Shown here: piece by piece, positions 1 through 6,458 of the stretch
Layout of the letters: each line of letters begins with the position of its first letter
Position numbering within the stretch: the first letter of the stretch is position 1
From: a virus
DNA length: 37,037 bases
IMG/VR virus record: IMGVR_UViG_3300019469_000046
Span: 1-37,037 of that record
Reading direction: 5' to 3' (one strand)
Notes under the pieces: generated by a model
Database searches by the model: none
The model's input: only the letters and a program-made list of their open reading frames with translations
What the model was told of the DNA's origin: nothing
Position numbers and translations under genes: made by a program

Positions 1-127
1 ACCATTTGGGTTGGCCTTAGTTGGTCGAGTCATAAGTGCTTTTTTGTTCTCCTCGATAAAATCTTGATGGCTTTTAGCACTCTCAAAGTAAGAATGAACA
101 TAATTACCAACAAGAAGCGGTACTGGG
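1..127. repeat. Terminal overlap: identical to 36911-37037, so this is a circular or circularly permuted genome written with a 127-bp redundancy
   Basis: Direct comparison of the first and last 127 nt shows them identical. The unique length is therefore 36,910 bp. Confidence 0.95.
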
Positions 128-336
128 TTAGAAGTTGGTTGCCAATCCTCTTTCAGCTTAGCTAGTGCCCGAGCTTCGCATTGCTCGAAATCCTTAAACA
201 AGGAGAAGCTCATGTACTGCCAATCCGTCTCATGTGAGTAATAATTCTCAGGCGTTAACTTTAGCGGGGTCTGGGGTAATGGTGCCGTCTTTGAAGAGTT
301 CTTCTTGTTCTCCTTCTGCTGAACTACTGTGGTCAT
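1..336 (-). CDS. 5' part of a PD-(D/E)XK (DUF3799/RecE-like) exonuclease gene; continues across the circular junction into 36353-36910
   Basis: ATG at 336 is preceded by AAGAAGGAGGAA. Translation MTTVVQQKENKKNSSKTAPLPQTPLKLTPENYYSHETDWQYMSFSLFKDFEQCEARALAKLKEDW... runs without a stop into the 36353..36943 ORF. 336+558 nt = 298 codons. Confidence 0.6.
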   Translation of the reverse strand, partial: MTTVVQQKENKKNSSKTAPLPQTPLKLTPENYYSHETDWQYMSFSLFKDFEQCEARALAKLKEDWQPTSNPVPLLVGNYVHSYFESAKSHQDFIEENKKALMTRPTKANPNG

Positions 337-1153
337 CCGCCGATTCCTCCTTCTTAGCTAATTCTGCCTGTGACTTTTCAAAGCCATCTAATAACTCTTG
401 AGTGGTTTGCTCTTCCTTAGTTGGGGTTACATCTCGTGGTTCATTATCAAATTCATTAGATGTTGTGTCATTAATAGCGCCTGTTAATAGATCACTATCA
501 TCTGAGGTATTAATAAACATCTTAGCGGCTCGATTAAGTACGGTCCGCTTAGCCATCTCCTGACTGAAGTTTTGTTGTACCTTATTATTTTTCTGCCGTG
601 TTTGACTCCAGGACTGCTTAATTTCATCCATGTTCATAACCGTGTATGAATTACCCTCATCAGTTTTAATTAGAGCAAAAGCACCAATGATTGGCTTACT
701 AATATTTTCAAACTTAGGAACAAACTTCTTTACTACTAGTTCCATATCTTCATCAGAGCCAATCTCGAACTCGTCACCTTCATGGACTACTTCAGCTCGA
801 ACCTTCCTGACACCATCAAGTCGCTTGACAGCGGCAACGGTCCCGAAGTAACTTCGCTGCATTTGTAGCTCTTTACCGTACACGATGAAATAACATTGGT
901 CCTTTGCTGGTGATAAGCCTTGAAGTGTCATATCAAGTAATGATTTGACAATTGAATCTCGGCTACATACATCAAGTGCTGGTTGATGATTGCGATCTTG
1001 AACCTTTTGTAATTCAAGAAAAGCTGCATTCAGAGCATTTGAAGCATTGTAATTCTTTGGTAGTGATAAGTTTTGTGTACTCTTCATTTGATTAATTCGT
1101 TCGAGCACAATATCTGTTAATTTAGGTTGTTTAGTTGCTACTTGGTTAGCCAT
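248..1153 (-). CDS. recT: RecT-family single-strand annealing protein
   Basis: 301 aa. RecT-like N-terminal and core motifs (NALNAAFLELQ, QCYFIVYGKELQMQRSYFG). Sits next to an exonuclease gene. Confidence 0.8.
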   Translation of the reverse strand: MANQVATKQPKLTDIVLERINQMKSTQNLSLPKNYNASNALNAAFLELQKVQDRNHQPALDVCSRDSIVKSLLDMTLQGLSPAKDQCYFIVYGKELQMQRSYFGTVAAVKRLDGVRKVRAEVVHEGDEFEIGSDEDMELVVKKFVPKFENISKPIIGAFALIKTDEGNSYTVMNMDEIKQSWSQTRQKNNKVQQNFSQEMAKRTVLNRAAKMFINTSDDSDLLTGAINDTTSNEFDNEPRDVTPTKEEQTTQELLDGFEKSQAELAKKEESADDHSSSAEGEQEELFKDGTITPDPAKVNA

Positions 1154-1281
1154 TAGTCTTCCTCCTCGTCTTTGTCACCGTAATAAGTGCCATCGTCGTA
1201 TGATTCATGGTCAATCCAAGGACAATTTGACATAGATTCGCTATCATCCTCGAACCACTCGTCCCAGTTAATGTTGTTCAC
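1153..1281 (-). CDS. Small acidic protein (42 aa), hypothetical
   Basis: GTG start overlaps the upstream stop (TAGTG). Its TAA overlaps the recT ATG (TAATG). Translation (M)NNINWDEWFEDDSESMSNCPWIDHESYDDGTYYGDKDEEED. Confidence 0.3.
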   Translation of the reverse strand: MNNINWDEWFEDDSESMSNCPWIDHESYDDGTYYGDKDEEED

Positions 1282-1490
1282 TAGATCCACCCCATTTCTT
1301 CGGCAAATCGCTCATCAAAAGAATCTGCTAGCAGATAATAAACTTTGATGCGTCTTATCTGGGTTGGAGTAGTCTTAACCTTAGCTAGAGCAAGCTCATC
1401 AGCTAACTCTTTCCGATAAGCGTCACGCTTACCCATATAGTAAGCAGCCTTTAATGGCATATCTTTAATTGCATTTAGCATGTTTTCCAT
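1281..1490 (-). CDS. Hypothetical early protein (69 aa)
   Basis: ORF tightly packed in the minus-strand early operon. Confidence 0.5.
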   Translation of the reverse strand: MENMLNAIKDMPLKAAYYMGKRDAYRKELADELALAKVKTTPTQIRRIKVYYLLADSFDERFAEEMGWI

Positions 1491-1522
1491 GATATGATTA
1501 CCTCGAATAATGTTTATTTTTG

Positions 1523-1714
1523 TTATTTACTTTGAGCGTGGGCATTGCGACTGCCTTCGCTCTTTTTTTGATCTAAATAGTTGAGTAGCAATAGAACTAC
1601 ATAGATAGACGGGATAAATAATGCTCCGTCGTATGCACCGATACTGGCGCAGTACATCGCCCATAACCCTAAGAAGAATGCTATCAACCGTGAGTGCAGA
1701 ACTTCGTTAATCAT
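1523..1714 (-). CDS. Small membrane protein (63 aa), hypothetical
   Basis: Two hydrophobic segments (LIAFFLGLWAMYCASIGAY, FIPSIYVVLLLLNYL). In operon register. Confidence 0.45.
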   Translation of the reverse strand: MINEVLHSRLIAFFLGLWAMYCASIGAYDGALFIPSIYVVLLLLNYLDQKKSEGSRNAHAQSK

Positions 1715-1717
1715 TTT

Positions 1718-1918
1718 CTATTCCAGCTCCTTTTCTCTTGCTAATCCGTAGCGAACAAGATTCTCTAGGTACCTTGCCTGTTGCCATACATATCCATCAG
1801 TTGGTTTTCCACCACTAACAAACCAGTCGCCCAAACGTACTCGAATTGTTTGTAATGCCTCAAGCGGGAAATCGTACATGTTAATCAATTCTTTAATGTG
1901 CTCCATTCCGTCTTTCAT
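1718..1918 (-). CDS. Hypothetical early protein (66 aa)
   Basis: ORF in operon register. GGAGGTGAAGAAAC lies upstream of the ATG. Confidence 0.5.
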   Translation of the reverse strand: MKDGMEHIKELINMYDFPLEALQTIRVRLGDWFVSGGKPTDGYVWQQARYLENLVRYGLAREKELE

Positions 1919-1934
1919 GTTTCTTCACCTCCTT

Positions 1935-2006
1935 CTAATGAAAACTGTTGATTAATACCATCAGCATTGCGATTGCTACTGCTGTGAAAAATACTATCTT
2001 TGCCAT
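1935..2006 (-). CDS. 23-aa hydrophobic mini-ORF (MAKIVFFTAVAIAMLMVLINSFH)
   Basis: GGAGGTAATC-ATG ribosome-binding site. Fills the gap between two genes. Confidence 0.25.
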   Translation of the reverse strand: MAKIVFFTAVAIAMLMVLINSFH

Positions 2007-2015
2007 GATTACCTC

Positions 2016-2351
2016 CTATGCTCGTTTGGCTTCCCAGTCGATGTCGTACTTATGTGATTCCATCCACCGGGTAGCTTCATAAACAAAAATCGTTGTCGAT
2101 TTAATTCCATCAGTTTTATGTGGTGCCAAACACCAACCACCATTTACATAATTGGTTTCTGGAAATCTATCAAAAATGAAAGTTCGCACCCAACTTGGTG
2201 ACTTGCCGCTACAACACTTCTTACGAAACTCGTCCATTGTCCAGGTAATTTCTTGCAAATCACTCTTCGGTACGAGATTCATTTTTTCTACTACCTCATG
2301 CACAGCAGAATTAATTTGCTCATCTGGAATGGGAATACTCAACTGTGCCAT
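2016..2351 (-). CDS. DUF771-like phage protein
   Basis: 111 aa. The pattern WTMDEFRKK...SWVRTFIF...NGGWCLAPHK...FVYEATRWMESH resembles the DUF771 family common in Lactobacillus and Listeria phage early regions. Confidence 0.55.
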   Translation of the reverse strand: MAQLSIPIPDEQINSAVHEVVEKMNLVPKSDLQEITWTMDEFRKKCCSGKSPSWVRTFIFDRFPETNYVNGGWCLAPHKTDGIKSTTIFVYEATRWMESHKYDIDWEAKRA

Positions 2352-2370
2352 CTGATCAACTCCTTTCTTT

Positions 2371-2379
2371 TGCTATAAT
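2371..2379 (+). promoter_or_regulatory. Extended -10 promoter (TGcTATAAT) for the plus-strand gene 2402-2650
   Basis: Exact TGnTATAAT at 2371-2379. AGGAGGTGAT RBS at 2390-2399. TTG start at 2402. Confidence 0.55.
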
Positions 2380-2401
2380 CATCTCGATAGGAGGTGATAT
2401 T

Positions 2402-2650
2402 TTGAGTTTTCGTGCACATATTTTCTTCAAGAACAATCCAATTGACCAACCATTAGATGTTGCGAATATTTTCAAGATTACTGTGGGACAAAATGAGGTC
2501 CAACCCAGTAAACTAAACGTTGATAGTTCAGAGACAATAGCTCTTCATTGTTCTGGTAATAGCTTTAGTGACAAAATAAGACATTCTACAATGGTTTTAA
2601 AAAGCTCAGAACTTTTAGCAATTGAGTTTATTGAAGAAACTAACGACTAA
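2402..2650 (+). CDS. Hypothetical 82-aa protein on the opposite strand to the early lytic operon (moron-like)
   Basis: TTG start 7 nt after GGAGG. It is the only open frame in 2352-2775; the minus strand there has stops in all frames. Has its own promoter and terminator. Confidence 0.5.
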   Translation: MSFRAHIFFKNNPIDQPLDVANIFKITVGQNEVQPSKLNVDSSETIALHCSGNSFSDKIRHSTMVLKSSELLAIEFIEETND

Positions 2651-2661
2651 GCATTAAATAC

Positions 2662-2703
2662 AGCTTGATTAAGATAGCTTTCTTAATCAGGCTTTTTGTT
2701 TTT
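2662..2703 (+). terminator. Rho-independent terminator for the plus-strand gene
   Basis: 13-bp stem AGCTTGATTAAGA/TCTTAATCAGGCT (one G-U), loop TAGCTT, then TTTTGTTTTT. Confidence 0.65.
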
Positions 2704-2775
2704 AACTCTTCTTCTAGAAGTTCAAGTACCATTCTTCACTTGAGTTCAATAATCTCTGTATTCATTTGTTGCCTC

Positions 2776-2982
2776 CTACATATCCAGAACACGGTAAATT
2801 TTCTTGCGAATTTCAAACGCTTTAGGCGAATTGTCACCCTTGATTGCGCGATTAACTTGTTGACGATTAATGTTTAGCAAACGTGATAACTCAGTTTGTG
2901 TCATATCACGCTCAAGAAGCTTCATCTTAATGTTTCGCTCTACATCAGCTGTTGCCTTTTCAAGCTCGTTTTCTACTGGCAT
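2776..2982 (-). CDS. Cro-like XRE-family HTH regulator, first gene of the lytic operon
   Basis: 68 aa. HTH motif MTQTELSRLLNINRQQVNRAIKG. Divergent from the repressor across an operator-rich 220-bp region. Confidence 0.75.
   Translation of the reverse strand: MPVENELEKATADVERNIKMKLLERDMTQTELSRLLNINRQQVNRAIKGDNSPKAFEIRKKIYRVLDM
2852..2864. promoter_or_regulatory. Operator-like site type B (TTAACTTGTTGAC), copy inside the cro-like gene
   Basis: Exact 13-bp repeat of 3105-3117. Contains the CAACnnGTTG inverted repeat. Confidence 0.4.
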
Positions 2983-3012
2983 AGCCTATTCCCCCTCTCT
3001 TGAAATGTTTAT

Positions 3013-3023
3013 CAACTTGTTGC
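3013..3023. promoter_or_regulatory. Operator-like site type B (CAACTTGTTGC)
   Basis: Third copy of the CAACTTGTTG palindrome-like core, in the switch region. Confidence 0.35.
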
Positions 3024-3031
3024 TTATTTCT

Positions 3032-3048
3032 ATCACTCGTGATAAAAT
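3032..3048. promoter_or_regulatory. Operator-like site type A (ATCACTCGTGATAAAAT)
   Basis: One of three 17-bp sites with the ATCAYnnGTGAT inverted repeat, between the divergent cro-like and repressor genes. Confidence 0.55.
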
Positions 3049-3104
3049 CAACTTAAAACAAAAACCGTTATTTTACGGCGTTTATGGCTTTTTGTTTATG
3101 TTGC

Positions 3105-3117
3105 TTAACTTGTTGAC
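3105..3117. promoter_or_regulatory. Operator-like site type B (TTAACTTGTTGAC); contains TTGACA
   Basis: Exact repeat of 2852-2864. Overlaps a consensus -35 hexamer. Confidence 0.4.
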
Positions 3118-3130
3118 AATCTTATTATCA

Positions 3131-3147
3131 ATCATTCGTGATAAATT
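3131..3147. promoter_or_regulatory. Operator-like site type A (ATCATTCGTGATAAATT)
   Basis: Second copy of the 17-bp site, 31 bp centre-to-centre from the third copy. Confidence 0.55.
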
Positions 3148-3161
3148 GTCAACTGTTTTTA

Positions 3162-3178
3162 ATCATTCGTGATAAAAT
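3162..3178. promoter_or_regulatory. Operator-like site type A (ATCATTCGTGATAAAAT) overlapping an extended -10-like TGaTAAAAT for the repressor gene
   Basis: Third copy. TGATAAAAT at 3170-3178 lies about 24 nt upstream of the repressor ATG. Confidence 0.5.
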
Positions 3179-3201
3179 AGTCAAAAGAAGGTTTGATTGA
3201 T

Positions 3202-3510
3202 ATGAAAACTGTAGACAGAATTAAGGAATTATCAAAAAAGAGAGGATAGTCACTGCAAAAAGTAGCAGAAGAAGCCGGTATAGGAATTAATAGTATATAT
3301 CGTTGGAACTCAAAAACTCCCAGTACACAATCTTTAAATAAAGTTGCTAAGGTTTTAGGAGTATCCGCAGACTACTTGCTTGGCGAAACCGAGAAAAAGA
3401 AAACAGCCGATCTTGCAGATAAAGATACTGTCTTTACATATGAAGGGAGAGAAATTCCACCAGAAGATCTAGAGTACATGAAACGTTTATTGCGTGGTGA
3501 TGAGGAATGA
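3202..3510 (+). pseudogene. cI/ImmR-like XRE repressor interrupted by an in-frame TAG at codon 16 (3247-3249)
   Basis: Translation MKTVDRIKELSKKRG*SLQKVAEEAGIGINSIYRWNSKTPSTQSLNKVAKVLGVSADYLLGE... is a classic HTH in one frame of 103 codons. The only defect is the TAG. No in-frame Met could rescue the HTH. Confidence 0.7.
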
Positions 3511-3935
3511 TTTATGAACGAGTAGAGGAAGCTTGTGACTATTTATTAGAAAAAGCTAAAGAATATCATATTGACATTAAGTAGAAACATTTTTCGCCTA
3601 TTACCCCACCGGGTAGTAGTTATGAATACAGACGTGTAGTAATGAATCTTGATTGGCATAATCCTAAAGAATTCGTTTTTCAATTAGCTCATGAAATGTC
3701 GCATGTCATTCATGGAGACAAAGGCGATGTTTATTATTACCACGCCTGCTTTACTGGTAAAGAATCTGTGGAATATAAGGCAAACGTTGGAGCTGTTAAG
3801 CTTTTGATCCCGTTCTATTGTCAAGATACAGATATTCAATGTGTTAACAGTGCTAATTTCATGCAAGCTTTTCATGTGCCACACTATCTTTCTAGTGTAG
3901 TAAGTGAAGAAATTAAAGAGTATTATGCGAAATAA
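3507..3935 (+). pseudogene. ImmA/IrrE-type zinc metalloprotease interrupted by an in-frame TAG at codon 26 (3582-3584)
   Basis: ATGA start/stop overlap with the repressor gene. Translation MIYERVEEACDYLLEKAKEYHIDIK*KHFSPITPPGSSYEYRRVVMNLDW...LAHEMSHVIHGD contains HExxH. The tracked ORF 3642-3935 is the in-frame remnant. Confidence 0.7.
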
Positions 3936-3991
3936 TTAATGTGTGTCCAAAAACTGATTGACGTTAAAAGCTATTATGAGGAGTGCTTAAA

Positions 3992-4193
3992 ATGACACGA
4001 AGCCGTTGATAACAATCCTATGGATTTATATGAGGCTTCTAAAAACTTATTATCTTCAATGTACCAACAGGTCGGGCACTATGAAGAAGTAAATGTTAAT
4101 CACAAACAAATGAAACCATTGGAGAATCATGATGATTCATCTGTAAATCTTGGAGATAAAGTTGAATTATTATCAAAGTCTAGAGAGTGAGTC
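3992..4193 (+). pseudogene. Possible frameshifted small lysogeny-module ORF
   Basis: GAGGAG RBS plus ATG at 3992 opens a 5-codon frame ending TGA TAA. The +1 frame stays open from 3996 to 4193 (HEAVDNNPMDLYEASKNLLSS...). Its first ATG (4020) has no RBS. Confidence 0.25.
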
Positions 4194-4379
4194 AAAGTTA
4201 ATTAATCTTTTTAACGAAAAAATAACATTTTTATCATCTATTGCCTCTCTAATTGCAATCAAATAAGCCTCATTGCGATTTAAAGCTTCATTGTTTAGTA
4301 GTTTTTCAGACATGATAAGATGTGTTTTTTGCTCAAACGTTAGAGAGTTTACGAATCTTTTCAAATAATTAAATATCAT
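4173..4379 (-). CDS. Hypothetical 68-aa protein
   Basis: GAGGTG RBS 7 nt before the ATG at 4379. TATAAT at 4407-4402 upstream. The 3' end overlaps the convergent 3992-4193 ORF. Confidence 0.4.
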   Translation of the reverse strand: MIFNYLKRFVNSLTFEQKTHLIMSEKLLNNEALNRNEAYLIAIREAIDDKNVIFSLKRLINFDSLSRL

Positions 4380-4424
4380 AATTAACACCTCATTTCTAAC
4401 AATTATACAATGGAGAATATTATC

Positions 4425-4856
4425 ATGAAAAAAAGTTTAATATGTGCCACTGCACTGTTATGCGGAAGTTTAGCAGCATGTGGTAGTCAAACGAGCAAGA
4501 AGAATAGTACATCTAGCAAAACCAGCAGCAGTAAAGCTATTAAGCATCATAAAAAGGCTACACAAACAGCTAAAACACAGAGTTCTAGTTCTTCATCATC
4601 TGCTGCAATAAGTTCTAGCAGTCAGCAAATTGCTCAAACTGGTAATGCTAGCGTTCAACAATCTACTACGAATGCATCTAATGCATCACAAATTAACAAC
4701 AATGAGCAAGTATACACGGCTCACCCATCGCAAGGTGGAACTATTTATCAGACAAATGGTAATTCTGGTAGTTTCCAAGGAGATCCTGACACAATTGCTG
4801 CTACTCAAACAAAAATGCAACAGGCAGCAGAACGAATTGCTAACGGACAACAATAA
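4425..4856 (+). CDS. Prophage lipoprotein with a Ser/Thr/Gln-rich linker; candidate superinfection-exclusion factor
   Basis: MKKSLICATALLCGSLAAC has a signal peptide plus lipobox (LAAC). GGAG lies 9 nt before the ATG at 4425. Located between the repressor module and the integrase. Confidence 0.7.
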   Translation: MKKSLICATALLCGSLAACGSQTSKKNSTSSKTSSSKAIKHHKKATQTAKTQSSSSSSSAAISSSSQQIAQTGNASVQQSTTNASNASQINNNEQVYTAHPSQGGTIYQTNGNSGSFQGDPDTIAATQTKMQQAAERIANGQQ

Positions 4857-4859
4857 ATA

Positions 4860-4886
4860 AAACCCGTCGGAATCGACGGGTTTTAA
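4860..4886. terminator. Rho-independent terminator (bidirectional shape)
   Basis: AAAACCCGTCG-GAAT-CGACGGGTTTT: 7-bp GC-rich stem flanked by an A-run and a T-run. Confidence 0.7.
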
Positions 4887-4926
4887 AAGCAAATATTAAG
4901 AACGTATGTACGAAAGGAGAATTGTT

Positions 4927-6033
4927 ATGTGGGTAGAAAAAAGAGCTAAGGATAACTATAAATTTGTTGAACAGTATAAGGACCCGCTTACGGACAAAAA
5001 TAAGCGTGTTTCTTTAACACTTGAGAAGAACACCGCACATACACGTAAACAGGCTCAGGCGGCGCTAGAAGTCGAAATACAGCAAAGATTACTGCACGTT
5101 AAAGATGGGACGCTTAAGCATGGTATAACTCTTAAACAACTTTCAGAAGAGTGGCTAAAAAACTATCACACTTTGGTTAAGTATCATACTTACGACAATG
5201 CCGAAAGCAGAACCCATAAAATAGTTAGTGATATTGGTAATGATGTTCTTGTCGAAAAAGTAAAGCCCATTTTGCTTGAGGATTACCTCAATTCACTAAT
5301 CTATAAACAGAACTACAAGAATTCTAGTGTAATGAAATTCAAGGGGACCCTAGGCAATATGTTTAGATATGCTTACAAGCATAACTATATTAAAACTAAT
5401 CCAATTTCAGAAGTTGAAGTTAATTATCGAACCGAGGAAATAACCGAGAAAACTTCCCAGAAGTTTCTTGATGACGATGAATTAAAACAAGTCCTTGAGT
5501 TTATGTATAAGCGTTCTCCTCATTATGGACACTTCTGCGAGTTCCTGTACCTCACTGGTATGAGATATGGCGAAGCGGCCTCACTCTACCGCTCCGATAT
5601 TGATAAACAAGATAATGGCAAAGTAGTTGCAAAAGTCAATAGTACACTCGTCAATGGTCAAAAGCAGCCTTCACCAAAAACAAGTTCAAGTCGTCGTAAC
5701 GTTACCTTAACTAAGCGTGCACAACTAATAGTGAAGCAAGAACTGGTTGATCATCCTTTCAAATCTAATTTTATTTTTGAATCAAAACAGGGCCACCCGC
5801 TTGGTAACGTAGTTCTAAATTACTGGCTGCATCAAGCAAAATCAGAATTGAAAATAGACAAAACATTATCATTGCATACCTTCCGTCATACACACATTTC
5901 TAAGTTGGCAGAATTAGGAGTACCGCTTTACTTGATTCAAAATCGTGTCGGCCATAAAGATGCAGAAACAACTAAAGAAATTTATTTACATGTAACAAAA
6001 AAAAGCCGAGCAAAAGCTCGACTCAAAACTTAA
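4927..6033 (+). CDS. int: Tyrosine recombinase / phage integrase
   Basis: AAAGGAG RBS before the ATG at 4927 (MWVEKRAKDNYKF). C-terminal catalytic pattern HTFRHTHIS...GHKDAETTKEIYLHV. Confidence 0.9.
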   Translation: MWVEKRAKDNYKFVEQYKDPLTDKNKRVSLTLEKNTAHTRKQAQAALEVEIQQRLLHVKDGTLKHGITLKQLSEEWLKNYHTLVKYHTYDNAESRTHKIVSDIGNDVLVEKVKPILLEDYLNSLIYKQNYKNSSVMKFKGTLGNMFRYAYKHNYIKTNPISEVEVNYRTEEITEKTSQKFLDDDELKQVLEFMYKRSPHYGHFCEFLYLTGMRYGEAASLYRSDIDKQDNGKVVAKVNSTLVNGQKQPSPKTSSSRRNVTLTKRAQLIVKQELVDHPFKSNFIFESKQGHPLGNVVLNYWLHQAKSELKIDKTLSLHTFRHTHISKLAELGVPLYLIQNRVGHKDAETTKEIYLHVTKKSRAKARLKT

Positions 6034-6054
6034 TTTACTTTAGTTTTTCCCTTG

Positions 6055-6090
6055 GAGTCCCCCTAGAGCAGTTAGGAGGGCTCTTTTATT
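6055..6090 (+). terminator. Likely integrase terminator
   Basis: GAGTCCCCCTA / TAGGAGGGCTC imperfect 11-bp stem followed by TTTTATT. Confidence 0.45.
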
Positions 6091-6291
6091 AGATGTATAT
6101 CAGTAATATCAAGGGTCTATTAAAATTGCCAATTATTCGGCAACCGAATGTACTTGTAGTTCATTTGTTTTTCATATTATATTCAAATGCTTATCATACT
6201 GACATTATAATAGGGAGAAATTTCATTTGCTAGTCAATTTTATATCAATGGTTTGCCATTAATATTCCCCCTAGAATCCCCCTGTCAATGA

Positions 6292-6320
6292 AACCCGACA
6301 CCTCAAATGAGATGCCGGGT
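6292..6320. terminator. Imperfect hairpin downstream of the endolysin gene
   Basis: ACCCGACACCTC...GAGATGCCGGGT stem with two mismatches, T-rich on both sides. Confidence 0.35.
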
Positions 6321-6458
6321 TATTTTGTACCACTCAAATTTAACTTGTAGTTAGTATAACAAAAAAAGTCTTCGTTACGAAGATTCTCTAAAAGAATACA
6401 AGTAGATAAACTGGTTAATTCTTATCCTTGTACTTCAAAATCCGTATGAGCCACCATC

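Larger units (their letters stand above)
6034..6458. other. attP-containing intergenic region (between the int 3' end and the endolysin 3' end)
   Basis: 425-bp non-coding region at the canonical int/lysis junction. Three TCCCCCT(A/G) motifs at 6058, 6266 and 6277. Confidence 0.5.

Noticed and set aside
2665-3172. Plus-strand ORFs 2665-2877 and 2870-3172 across the cro-like gene and the switch region
   Set aside because: They overlap the strongly supported cro-like HTH gene and the operator-rich intergenic region. They have hydrophobic, low-complexity translations and no RBS.
3202-3935. Genome-wide TAG stop-codon recoding
   Set aside because: TAG is used as the apparent true stop of several well-delimited genes, for example those ending at 1281, 2776 and 31935. 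In-frame TAGs occur only in the two switch genes.
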